Both the position numbers and the translations under genes were made by a program. Under the pieces are notes generated by a model that saw only the letters and a program-made list of their open reading frames with translations, had not been told where the DNA came from and made no database searches. From the NCBI GenBank assembly GCA_019244185.1, contig JAFATB010000006.1:352001-416000 (forward strand): a DNA stretch of 64,000 nucleotides, read 5' to 3'. Below are positions 47,964 to 56,794 of the stretch, one piece after another. How positions within the stretch are numbered: the stretch's first letter is position 1; each line of letters begins with the position of its first letter. Source of the stretch: Acidobacteriota bacterium. Lineage in GTDB: Bacteria > Acidobacteriota > Thermoanaerobaculia > Gp7-AA8.

Positions 47964-49361
47964 TCAGAGCGGCGGCCGGCGTTTGTGCGCATCGCTGTGC
48001 GACTGAAAGAGATTCGCCGCCGCGAGCACCGCGTTGTCGTCGAGCGCGCGGCCGACGAACTGAATGCCCGCGGGCAGCTTCTTCGACGTGAAGCCGGACG
48101 GCACGCTCATCCCCGGCAGGCCGCAGAAGTTGCCGATGCCGCCGAGAGGATCGGCGAACGAGAGATCGGTCTCGAGGTTCGTCTCCATCGGCGTCGCCGC
48201 GAGCGGCAGCGTGGCCGCGGCCAGCACATCGATCTTGTCGAAGAGGAAATCCACCTTCTCCTGCAGCACGCTGCGCAGCCGCTGCGCGCGGACGTAGTCG
48301 GCGCCGTTGACGGTGCGGTTCACATAGCCACCGATGCGGCTGCCGGGATCGTCGAGCTCCGCGACGCGTACCGACTCGATGAGCTCATCGAACGCGGTCG
48401 CGCATTCGACGGAGATCGTCACGCCTGCCGCGACTTCCCAGGGACCTTCCGGCAGCGCGACGTCGACGATCGTCGCGCCGGCGCGGCGCAGCGTGTCGAA
48501 CGCGGCGTCGGTGATGCGCGCGATCTCCGGCTGCACGCTCGTCCACGCGTTCGTCAGGCGTCCGATGCGCAGCGGCTTGCGCGGCTCGCGCACGTAGCCG
48601 AAACGGGCGTCGTCATCGGGCAATGAATGCTTGTCGCTCTTGTCGTGACCCGCGAGCGCGACGAGGATGAAGCCGCAGTCGTCGGCGCTGCGCGCCATCG
48701 GTCCGAGCTTGTCCATCGAGTACGAGAGCGCCATCGCGCCGCTGCGTCCGACGCGGCCGAACGTCGGGCGCAAACCGGAGATGCCGCAGTACGCGGACGG
48801 GCAGAGGATCGAGCCCCACGTCTCGCTGCCGATGGCGAATGCCGCGAGCGCGCCGGCGACGATCGCGCCGGAGCCGCTCGACGAGCCGCACGTCCAACAC
48901 GTCTCGTTCCACGGATTCTTCGCGCCGCCGGTGAGCGAGGCCGTACCGTAGCGATAGCCCATGCCGCCGGCGAGCTCGATCATCGCCGCCTTGCCGAGCA
49001 GCACCGCGCCCGCTTCGCGCAGATGACGGATCACGTTCGCGTCGGAATCGAACTGCTGCTTCGCGTACGGACGCGCGCCCCACGTCGTCGGTGCGCCGGC
49101 CGCCGCGAGGAGATCCTTCGCCGCGTACGGAATCCCGTGCAGCGGTCCGCGATACTTGCCCGCGCCGATCTCCTTCTCCGCCTCCCGCGCCTCGCGCAGC
49201 GCGCGTTCACGCAGGATCGTGACGTACGCGTTGAGCCGCGGTCCGAGTTTCTCGCTGCGCGCGAGATACGCCTCGGTCAGCTCGACCGGCGAGAGCGCAT
49301 GCGACTTGATGCGCGCCGCGAGCTCGACGACCGGAAGATAGAGAACGTCTTCGCCGATCAT
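47964..49361 (-). CDS. Amidase-signature family enzyme
   Basis: GPLHGIPYAAKDL, GSSSGS, GSETWGSILCPS; no signal peptide. Confidence 0.92.
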   Translation of the reverse strand: MIGEDVLYLPVVELAARIKSHALSPVELTEAYLARSEKLGPRLNAYVTILRERALREAREAEKEIGAGKYRGPLHGIPYAAKDLLAAAGAPTTWGARPYAKQQFDSDANVIRHLREAGAVLLGKAAMIELAGGMGYRYGTASLTGGAKNPWNETCWTCGSSSGSGAIVAGALAAFAIGSETWGSILCPSAYCGISGLRPTFGRVGRSGAMALSYSMDKLGPMARSADDCGFILVALAGHDKSDKHSLPDDDARFGYVREPRKPLRIGRLTNAWTSVQPEIARITDAAFDTLRRAGATIVDVALPEGPWEVAAGVTISVECATAFDELIESVRVAELDDPGSRIGGYVNRTVNGADYVRAQRLRSVLQEKVDFLFDKIDVLAAATLPLAATPMETNLETDLSFADPLGGIGNFCGLPGMSVPSGFTSKKLPAGIQFVGRALDDNAVLAAANLFQSHSDAHKRRPPL

Positions 49362-49681
49362 GACTGTTTCTTCGTTTCGGTCAGCTTCGCGGGACGCCGT
49401 CTGCGGTAGATGCGAAAGAGCGTCGCCGGCTCGACGGAGTTGTCGAGCGGATACGCGCGCATCGCATCGAGTCCCGGCTGCGCGCCGCTGACGAGACGGC
49501 GGATGTCGGCGCGCTGCGTTTCATCGAGACGATCGCCGTACTTGCCGAGGATCCACGCGATGCGCGCTTCGACCTCGGCATTCGGCTTCGCCGCTTCCTG
49601 CGCCGTCGCGGTGACACGCGGCGTGAATGCGGCCGCGGCGCCGCCGGCGACGATCGCGAACTCGCGGCGCGAGAGTTTCAT
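49358..49681 (-). CDS. Small Tat-signal protein, probable amidase partner (GatC/AtzG-like position)
   Basis: MKLSRREFAIVAGGAAAA..ATA twin-arginine signal; LDAMRAYPLDNSVEP; ATGA overlaps on both sides. Confidence 0.7.
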   Translation of the reverse strand: MKLSRREFAIVAGGAAAAFTPRVTATAQEAAKPNAEVEARIAWILGKYGDRLDETQRADIRRLVSGAQPGLDAMRAYPLDNSVEPATLFRIYRRRRPAKLTETKKQS

Positions 49682-50421
49682 CGGCGGCCCCTCCCGTGAA
49701 AGCCGCGCGCGGGCGGCGCCGCCGGCTGCGGCATCTCGCCGCGGCGGCGTCCGTTCGCGGGACGTTCTTCTTCCATCGGCGGCACGACTTCGACGCCGCG
49801 CTCGCCGCGACGTCCCGCACCGCCGCGACGCGCTTTCTCGAGCGTCATCAGGAACCCGAACGCGGGATCTTTGAACTGCAGATGCCGCAGCATGTGCCAG
49901 TGCTTGCGCACGTACTCCTGCAGATATTGCAGCACGTGGCCGAGGCTTATGATGCGGCACGGCGGCACCTGCGAGCCGGGCGGGAACGAGCCGAACGCGA
50001 TGAGGCGCACGTTGTACGCGGGCGGGATCTCCGCGTTGCCGGTGCGCAGCAGTTCTTCGACGATGCCGTCGGAGTCGCCGACTTCGCCGAAGCGGTTGAT
50101 GACCGTCTTCAGCACTTCCGGATCGCGGATGCCGGTGTTGATGCCAACGCGTCCTTCCTTCACCTCGCCGATGATCATGTCGATCGCGTCCTGCGGCACG
50201 GCCAGGCCTTCGTCGAGCATGTTCACGTCGAGGCCTTTCGGCGACTTGCGTCCGCGTCCCGCGAGCGGCGCGCCGGACGGAAAGCGGAACGCGAGGATGT
50301 CGATGTCGGTGATGGTGCGGAACCCGTTGCGCGCGGTGCCCGCCATGATCGGGTATTCGGCCGAGGTGAAGTAACCGTTCAGTTGGAGATACGCCTGCAC
50401 CAGTGCGACGGCATGATCCAT
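49678..50421 (-). CDS. Hypothetical protein with PD-(D/E)XK nuclease-like motif
   Basis: LVQAYLQLNGYF..TDIDILAFRF..DMIIGEVKEG. Confidence 0.6.
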   Translation of the reverse strand: MDHAVALVQAYLQLNGYFTSAEYPIMAGTARNGFRTITDIDILAFRFPSGAPLAGRGRKSPKGLDVNMLDEGLAVPQDAIDMIIGEVKEGRVGINTGIRDPEVLKTVINRFGEVGDSDGIVEELLRTGNAEIPPAYNVRLIAFGSFPPGSQVPPCRIISLGHVLQYLQEYVRKHWHMLRHLQFKDPAFGFLMTLEKARRGGAGRRGERGVEVVPPMEEERPANGRRRGEMPQPAAPPARGFHGRGRR

Positions 50422-50448
50422 AGAGTGCACATGGTAGCGTGCACGTGC

Positions 50449-51375
50449 CTATTTGCGCTCGACGGAGAGGCTGGTGCCGGTGAGCGCGCCGCGTCCCGGC
50501 TCGTCGAACCACGCGCGCGCGGCCGCGTCATTGCGCAGGTACGCGTCGAGAAACGCAAGCGTGATCGCGACGATCTCGTCGTGACGTTCATCCGTCGCAT
50601 TCGAGAACGTGTTGTGCGTGACGTGCGCGAGCGTGACGAGATACTGCCGCGTCGCGTGCGTCGACTCGAACGGAATGCGGCGATGCTTCGGGAACGTGCG
50701 GTAGATGAGGCTGGTGTCGCACGTGCCGGTGAGATTGAGCAGCGGAATCGCGATCGAGTCGTAGCCGTCCGGCGCGACGACGCCGTCCATGCGCGGCATC
50801 GACATCGCCACGGCGACCTTCACGCGCGGATCGCGCAGCACGCCGCCGTCGGCGAAGCGGATGCCCGCGAGCGCGAACGCGGTGAACGCGCCGGCGGAGT
50901 GTCCGGCGATCGCGACGCGGGCCAGGTCGGCGTCGTCGCGTGACGCGAGCTGGTCGAGCGCGAAGCTGACGTCGAGCGGGCGGTTGATCCAGTTGATCTT
51001 CTCTTTCACCGCGCGATAGAGAAAGCGATAACCGCGCTCGAGCACCGCGCGGTCGGTGCCGGCGTGCGTCACGTGCACGGCGAGGTAGCCGTGTTGCGCG
51101 AGCGCGCGCCCGAGGTACGCGTACGAATCGCGGTCTTCGCCGATGCCGTGCGAGAAGACGACGACCGGCAGCTTCGCGTGCGCCGCGGCGGGCGCGTAGA
51201 TCGTGACGGGTACGTCGCGATCGCGCTTCGCGTCGTGCCACGACTCGCGCGTGACGCGCACGTCCGCATTCGACGCCGCGCGCGAAGGAAACGGCACGCG
51301 TTTCTCCGCGAGCTTCGGCAACGATGAACAGCAGGCGCCGGCGAAGAGCGCGGAAACGAGAAGCGCGAGACGCAT
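50449..51375 (-). CDS. Alpha/beta-hydrolase lipoprotein (dienelactone hydrolase/PAF-AH-like)
   Basis: Lipobox AGAC; VVFSHG, AGHSAGA, TGTCD, HNTF. Confidence 0.85.
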   Translation of the reverse strand: MRLALLVSALFAGACCSSLPKLAEKRVPFPSRAASNADVRVTRESWHDAKRDRDVPVTIYAPAAAHAKLPVVVFSHGIGEDRDSYAYLGRALAQHGYLAVHVTHAGTDRAVLERGYRFLYRAVKEKINWINRPLDVSFALDQLASRDDADLARVAIAGHSAGAFTAFALAGIRFADGGVLRDPRVKVAVAMSMPRMDGVVAPDGYDSIAIPLLNLTGTCDTSLIYRTFPKHRRIPFESTHATRQYLVTLAHVTHNTFSNATDERHDEIVAITLAFLDAYLRNDAAARAWFDEPGRGALTGTSLSVERK

Positions 51376-51459
51376 CGTGCGTCTCGCGCTTGCGAAATCA
51401 GTTCCGCGCGCGCAACTGCGGAACGCGCGCCGGCGTATGGAGACGCGAAGGAGTACGTC

Positions 51460-52467
51460 ATGCGCGGATGCCTCGGCCGGATGCTCCTCGTCGCGACGCT
51501 GGCGTGGTCACTCCATGCGCAGACCGCCGCGTACGAGGAGCGGGACGTTCAATTTCACAGCAATCGCGTCACGCTCGCGGGCACGCTGGTGATGCCGCAA
51601 TCGCCCGGGCCGCATCCTGCAATCGTGGTCCTGCACGGCTCCGGCCCCGCCACGCGTGAAGGCGGCGTGGCGTACGGCCGCGAGTTCGCCGCCCTCGGCA
51701 TCGCCACGTTCGCCTTCGATAAGCGCGGCTGCGGGCGATCGGGCGGTGATTGGACGCAGGCGTCGCTCGACGATCTCGCCGCCGACGCCTCCGCCGCCGT
51801 CGCGTATCTGCGGACGACGGCCGGTATCGACGCAAAACGCGTCGGCTTCTTCGGCGTGAGTCAGGCCGCCTGGGTCGCCACCGCGGCCGCACGGCCGTCG
51901 AACATCGCATTCATGGTGCTGGTGTCCGGCGGCGGCGCGTCGCCGCGCGAGTCGGAGACGTACGCGTATCTCACCGCGTTCGAGCGCGCCGGTCTCGGCG
52001 CCGCCGAGATCGCGGAAGCGATGCGCGTCATCGATCGCTACATGAACTACCTCGCGACGGGTGACGGACGCGACGCGCTGGTCGCCGAGCTGAACGCCGC
52101 GCACGATCGCGCGTGGTCGCAACTCGCACCGCTCGAACGCATTCTTCCGTCGCCGGAGAACCGCGCGCATTGGCAGTGGGTCGCGACGTGGTCGCCCGAC
52201 GACGCCATCGCGCACCTCACCTGTCCGATTCTTCTGCTGTTCGGAGACCGCGATACGGAACAGCCGACCGCGATCGCCGTCGCACGCTGGCGCGAAGGTT
52301 TGCGCCGCGCCGGGAACACCAGCTACAGGATCGTGGTGTTTCCCGGCGCGGGACACGGCATCCGCATGCGCGACGGCTTCACCGGTAACGGACGCGCGCC
52401 GTTCGCCGATGGCTATGAGGAAGTCATCACCGGCTGGCTCTGGCGCAACGTCGTCACAGCGAAGTAG
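51460..52467 (+). CDS. Secreted alpha/beta hydrolase (S9/CocE-like)
   Basis: Signal peptide; LHGSGP, FDKRGCG, GVSQA, FGDRD, FPGAGH; AAGGAG RBS. Confidence 0.85.
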   Translation: MRGCLGRMLLVATLAWSLHAQTAAYEERDVQFHSNRVTLAGTLVMPQSPGPHPAIVVLHGSGPATREGGVAYGREFAALGIATFAFDKRGCGRSGGDWTQASLDDLAADASAAVAYLRTTAGIDAKRVGFFGVSQAAWVATAAARPSNIAFMVLVSGGGASPRESETYAYLTAFERAGLGAAEIAEAMRVIDRYMNYLATGDGRDALVAELNAAHDRAWSQLAPLERILPSPENRAHWQWVATWSPDDAIAHLTCPILLLFGDRDTEQPTAIAVARWREGLRRAGNTSYRIVVFPGAGHGIRMRDGFTGNGRAPFADGYEEVITGWLWRNVVTAK

Positions 52468-52476
52468 TGCGCATGT

Positions 52477-53598
52477 TCACCGCTGCGGCGTGATCAGCGT
52501 GACCTGCTGCGTGTCGTTGTTCGTGATCGAGACGAAGGCCCAGATGTTCGGCGGCGGCGGCGAGATGTTCTCGCCGAGGTTGTCGATCTCGATGCGCAGC
52601 GACGGGCTCGCGGCGCGTAGCTCGGGTGTGAGCAGGTCGAGTGCGATGGAGCCGACGTTGTACGGGAACGGATCGGCCACGATGTTGATGAACCCGGTGG
52701 TTTCGACGTCGAACTGCGCGATCGGATCGCGACGGGATCCGTCCGCCGCTTCGACGTACACGGAGACGCGCACGGTCTGGGGCGCTTCGGTGAAGCCGTA
52801 GATGCGCAGCCGCGCGCGATAGCGCGCGTCGGTCGGAACGCCGATCAGCTTGATGACCGGCTTGAAGTCCGAGGAGCGCAGGATGGGAACGTCCGTGCCG
52901 AGGCCTTCCGCGGCACGCGAGACGTCGCGCACGTGCAGCGACATCGTCAGCTGATCATTGAGCGGCGCCGGCACGTACACGAACGCGCCTTCGGTACTCG
53001 TCAGCGCCTCCAGCCGGACCGTCGCTCGCGGCGGCACATCGCCCGCGGGAGTCGGGATCGACAGCGGCGAGAAGATGGGACCGACGAGTTGGATGTGGTT
53101 CGTCGACGAGGCGTTGTACGCGAGCCACTCCGTCCGCCAGAGCGAGCCGTTCGCGCCCGGCGTATCGGCGCCCGCGAGCGGCAACACGTACGTGACGTAG
53201 TTCTCCGGCCCCGGCTGCGCGAAGTCGGAGAAGCGGAACGCGCCCGGCAGCGTCGCGTTGCCGCTGGCGGCGCGCACCTCGACGTCGTAAGCGTTCTCCG
53301 GATTCGTCGACGCCGGCGGATTCACTTCGACGGCGATCGTCGACGGCGTCACCTGGTGCACGGTCGCGGCGATCCCGGCGACGAAGACCTGCACCGGGCA
53401 GGTCGCTGGTCCCGTCCCCGGAGGCGGAGGCAGCACCGGACATGTGACGCTGGCGGTCACGAAACCGCTGCCGGTGATCGTCGCGTGCGTCGATCCAGCG
53501 GCGAAGCCGACGGTCGGATCGATACCGCTGATGGTCGGTGCGGCGGCCGCCGCGAAGGTCACGAGCAGCGAGAGAAACACGAGCTTATATGCGCGCAT
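52477..53598 (-). CDS. Secreted IPT/TIG-domain protein
   Basis: Signal peptide; PTISGIDP..GST..TITGSGF, GAFRF; PGANGSLWRTE; C-terminal WAFVSITNNDTQQVTLITP. Confidence 0.8.
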   Translation of the reverse strand: MRAYKLVFLSLLVTFAAAAAPTISGIDPTVGFAAGSTHATITGSGFVTASVTCPVLPPPPGTGPATCPVQVFVAGIAATVHQVTPSTIAVEVNPPASTNPENAYDVEVRAASGNATLPGAFRFSDFAQPGPENYVTYVLPLAGADTPGANGSLWRTEWLAYNASSTNHIQLVGPIFSPLSIPTPAGDVPPRATVRLEALTSTEGAFVYVPAPLNDQLTMSLHVRDVSRAAEGLGTDVPILRSSDFKPVIKLIGVPTDARYRARLRIYGFTEAPQTVRVSVYVEAADGSRRDPIAQFDVETTGFINIVADPFPYNVGSIALDLLTPELRAASPSLRIEIDNLGENISPPPPNIWAFVSITNNDTQQVTLITPQR

Positions 53599-53641
53599 GA
53601 AGGTCACTTTATGCCGTTATGCCATAGCACGCAAGGGGTGC

Positions 53642-53797
53642 TTACTTCTTTTCTTCGGGAGCTGCGCCGCCGTCGTGCTCGCGACGCGTGCGTTCCTCCG
53701 CGCGGTCGTCGTCGTTCGGATTGCCGATCGGCGAGCTTTTCGTCGCCTCCTCGTACTCCTTCGTACGCGTGTCGAGCTCCTTGTCGTATTTGCTCAT
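53642..53797 (-). CDS. Small highly charged protein (51 aa)
   Basis: MSKYDKELDTRTKEYEEATKSSPIGNPNDDDRAEERTRREHDGGAAPEEKK; typical codon usage. Confidence 0.55.
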   Translation of the reverse strand: MSKYDKELDTRTKEYEEATKSSPIGNPNDDDRAEERTRREHDGGAAPEEKK

Positions 53798-53809
53798 GCG
53801 CGCTTCCGA

Positions 53810-53825
53810 AGCCAGCACGATGCCA
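53810..53825 (-). promoter_or_regulatory. sigma54-like promoter
   Basis: TGGCATCGTGCTGGCT, GG-N10-GC, 13 nt before ATG 53797. Confidence 0.4.
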
Positions 53826-53846
53826 GTACACTGGCGTTCACTCGCC

Positions 53847-54239
53847 ATGACCATCGCCGACAACGTGGTGCCCGGCCCCCGCCCGACGTACGACTGCACG
53901 AAGTGTCCCGCGTATTGCTGCAGCTACGACCGCATCATCGTCGAGAAAGAAGACCTCAAGCGCCTGGCGAAACATCACGGCATCGACGTCGAGACCGCGC
54001 GCAGACGCTTCACCAAGGTCAAGGAAGGCGAGCAGGTCCTTCGCCATCAGAAGGACTCGATCTACGGCTCGATCTGCATGTTCCTCGATCTGAAGACGCG
54101 CGGCTGCACGATCTATCACGCGCGTCCCGGCGTCTGTCACGAGTATCCCGACAAGCGCCGCTGCGGCTACTACGACTTCCTGCAGTGGGAGCGCCGGCAT
54201 CAGCAGGATCCGGAGTTCATCCCCCTGCAGAAAGGCTGA
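53847..54239 (+). CDS. YkgJ-family CxxCxxCC cysteine-cluster protein
   Basis: CTKCPAYCC, CMFLD..CTIYHARPGVCHEYP. Confidence 0.9.
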   Translation: MTIADNVVPGPRPTYDCTKCPAYCCSYDRIIVEKEDLKRLAKHHGIDVETARRRFTKVKEGEQVLRHQKDSIYGSICMFLDLKTRGCTIYHARPGVCHEYPDKRRCGYYDFLQWERRHQQDPEFIPLQKG

Positions 54240-54287
54240 GGCGCGAGCGGCGGGAACTGAGTGCGGCCGAATCGTGTTATTTGCAGC

Positions 54288-55289
54288 ATGCTCCGCCGTT
54301 CGCTGACCGCCGCCTGCGTCGCGGCTCTGCTCGCTGCAACGGGGTTTGCCCCCGCGAATGCGCAGGAGCAGACCGACTTCTCCGAGCAGGTCTCCGTCAG
54401 CTACGTGATGGTGCCGTTCACCGCGCTCAACCGTACCGGCGTGCCGCTCACCGACCTGCGCGAGAAAGACGTCGCCCTCTACGTCGACGGCACGCGCGTC
54501 GCCACCGATCTCTTCGAGCTGTCGCGCAACGCGCCCGTGTCGTGGACGATCCTCCTCGACGGCTCCGGCTCGATGGGACTCGCGGGCAAGATGGACGCGG
54601 CGAAGGCGGCCATCAACGCGCTCACCGCGCGGCGCCAGGAAGGCGACGACTTCGCGCTCTACCTCTTCGACTCGGAAGGCCACGCGAAGGAGCTCGTGCC
54701 GTTCACGCAGAACCCCGGCGCGATCGCACGCGCGCTCGACGTCGTGAAACCGTGGGGCAAGACCGCGTTCTTCGACGCGCTCGCGGAGATGCCGCAGCGC
54801 AGCGAGCTCGGACGCAATCCGTCGCGCGCGATCATCCTGCTCAGCGACGGCATCGACAACGCCTCGAAGCTCTCGCGCGAGGAGATCGGCAAGCGCCTCG
54901 AGGGCGTAGCCATTCCGATCTACGCGTTCGGCTTGCGCGAGCCGGGCGAGCAGGCGCTGCAGAAGAAAGCGCCGGCGACGATCAGCGAGGAGATGTCGAA
55001 CATCGATCTGCTCGCCGAGCTCGCGTCGGCGACCGGCGGCCAGCTGTTCGTCGGCAATCAGCCGGAACAGCTCGCGCACGCCATGGATGGAATCGAATCC
55101 GTGTTGCGGGCCCAGTATCTGATCGGGTTCCCGCCCACCGGCAAGGGTGCAGTAAAGTACCGCCGGATTTCCCTTCAGCTCGACGGACGCGCGCGCACGG
55201 TACGGGTACGGGCCGGCTACCGCGGTACCGAACCGCCCGTGTTGAGCGCGTCGGCGCGGCTGAAGCGCAACGAAAGGAAGAAGAGTTGA
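54288..55289 (+). CDS. VWA-domain protein, Acidobacterial type
   Basis: Signal peptide; MIDAS LLDGSGSM, TAFFDAL, LLSDGIDN, ATGG, QYLIGF, RVRAGY. Confidence 0.88.
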   Translation: MLRRSLTAACVAALLAATGFAPANAQEQTDFSEQVSVSYVMVPFTALNRTGVPLTDLREKDVALYVDGTRVATDLFELSRNAPVSWTILLDGSGSMGLAGKMDAAKAAINALTARRQEGDDFALYLFDSEGHAKELVPFTQNPGAIARALDVVKPWGKTAFFDALAEMPQRSELGRNPSRAIILLSDGIDNASKLSREEIGKRLEGVAIPIYAFGLREPGEQALQKKAPATISEEMSNIDLLAELASATGGQLFVGNQPEQLAHAMDGIESVLRAQYLIGFPPTGKGAVKYRRISLQLDGRARTVRVRAGYRGTEPPVLSASARLKRNERKKS

Positions 55290-55290
55290 T

Positions 55291-55902
55291 ATGAAGCGTT
55301 CCCCGATGTTCATCGCCGCGGGCCTCTCGGTCCTCCTCGGCGCCTGCGCGACTTCGAAGTCGGTCGACAAGAAGATCGCCGAGTCGCAGGCGCAGTCGAA
55401 TCAGAAAATCGAGTCGGTTGCCTCGCAGGTCGAGACGCTGCAGCAGAAGCAGCAGCAGACCGACGTGCGGCTCGACCAGCTCAGCCAGTCCGCGCAGGAA
55501 GCGTTGAAGCGCGCGCAGGAAGCGGGCGTGCTCGCCAAGGGCAAGGTCGTCTTCGAACAGACCTTCTCCGAAGACCGCGTGAAGTTCAAGCTCGCCAAGT
55601 ACGACCTCGATCAGAACGCGAAGAGCGCGCTCGACGAGTTCGCGACCAAAGTGCTCGCGCTCAACGAGCAGTACTTCATCGAGATCCAGGGCCACACCGA
55701 CGACACCGGCGGCGAGCAGTACAACGAGGAGCTCGGCCAGCGCCGCGCGGACGCGGTGCGCCGCTATCTCTCGCGCGAGCACAAGCTGCCGCTCAACCGC
55801 ATGTCGACGATCTCGTACGGCGACACGCTCCCGGTCGAGTCGAACAAGACCAAGGCCGGCCGCGCCGCGAACCGCCGCGTCGTCCTCGTCGTGCTCGAGT
55901 AG
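55291..55902 (+). CDS. OmpA-family peptidoglycan-binding lipoprotein
   Basis: Lipobox LGAC, coiled coil, IQGHTD..NEELGQRRADAV, SYG, ANRRV. Confidence 0.92.
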   Translation: MKRSPMFIAAGLSVLLGACATSKSVDKKIAESQAQSNQKIESVASQVETLQQKQQQTDVRLDQLSQSAQEALKRAQEAGVLAKGKVVFEQTFSEDRVKFKLAKYDLDQNAKSALDEFATKVLALNEQYFIEIQGHTDDTGGEQYNEELGQRRADAVRRYLSREHKLPLNRMSTISYGDTLPVESNKTKAGRAANRRVVLVVLE

Positions 55903-55926
55903 TCCCGCCCATCACAGCAGCACCCG

Positions 55927-55962
55927 AAGAGCCGGCGTACCTCACGCCGGCTTTTTGTTTTT
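55927..55962 (+). terminator. Intrinsic terminator
   Basis: AGCCGGCGT-ACCTC-ACGCCGGCT followed by TTTTGTTTTT. Confidence 0.85.
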
Positions 55963-55995
55963 GCGAGGGCTGTCGGTAGCAGCCCTCGCTGTTTT

Positions 55996-56739
55996 TCACG
56001 AAAAGTGCGCGACGACCGGCGCGTGATCGCTCGTGCCGATCTCGCGATGCGACGGGCACGCGGTGGCGCGCTTTGCCAGCGGCTCGCTCGCCAGCACGTA
56101 ATCGAGACGCCAGCCGATGTTGCGCTCGCGCATCTGCCGCCACGGCGCCCACCAGCTGAAGTAGTCGTTCGCGTCGGGATGGAGCATGCGTCCGACGTCG
56201 ACGAGATTGCCCGCGCGCAACAGCTCTTCGAAGAGCTCGCGCTCCATCGGCAGCTGCCCGATCGCGCGCGGCTTGCGCTCCTTCGGGTGCACGTCCAGCT
56301 CCGAGCGCGCGATGTTCATGTCGCCGCAGAGCACGAGTTTCAGGCCGCGCGCGCGCAGATCGGCGGCATACGCGATCAGCGAATGGATGAACGCGATCTT
56401 CGCGTCGAAGTCCTTCCCGCCGTTCGGAACGTACACGCTGGTGAACACAGTGTCCTCGATTTGAGCCTGCACGATCCGGGTCTCGAGATCGAAGTCGGGG
56501 TGCGCGTACGCCACCTCGGGCGCGAACGCGCGGCGGATGTGCAGCGCCACTCCGGAGTAGCCGCCCGCGCCATGCCAGTAGCACGTATACCCTTCCACCG
56601 AACAGGTTTGCGGGATTTGCTCGAGCTTCGCTTTGATCTCCTGCAGACAGACGACGTCGGGCTGTTCCGAGGCGACGAACTGCACGAATTGCTCGTGCCG
56701 CGCGCGGATTCCGTTCACATTCCACGTGGCGACTTTCAT
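55996..56739 (-). CDS. xth: Exodeoxyribonuclease III
   Basis: ATWNVNGIRAR, CLQEIK, YSGVA, VYVPNG, GDMNIA, FSWW, GWRLDY, SDHAPV. Confidence 0.95.
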   Translation of the reverse strand: MKVATWNVNGIRARHEQFVQFVASEQPDVVCLQEIKAKLEQIPQTCSVEGYTCYWHGAGGYSGVALHIRRAFAPEVAYAHPDFDLETRIVQAQIEDTVFTSVYVPNGGKDFDAKIAFIHSLIAYAADLRARGLKLVLCGDMNIARSELDVHPKERKPRAIGQLPMERELFEELLRAGNLVDVGRMLHPDANDYFSWWAPWRQMRERNIGWRLDYVLASEPLAKRATACPSHREIGTSDHAPVVAHFS

Positions 56740-56794
56740 GGTGCGCGGATTGTATCGGCCACGCGCAATCTTTGTTTGCGACCACGGAGGTCAA

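Noticed and set aside
47964-49361. gatA
   Set aside because: No gatB nearby, and it lacks the GatA-typical SDTGGSIRQPA (it has SETWGSILCPS).
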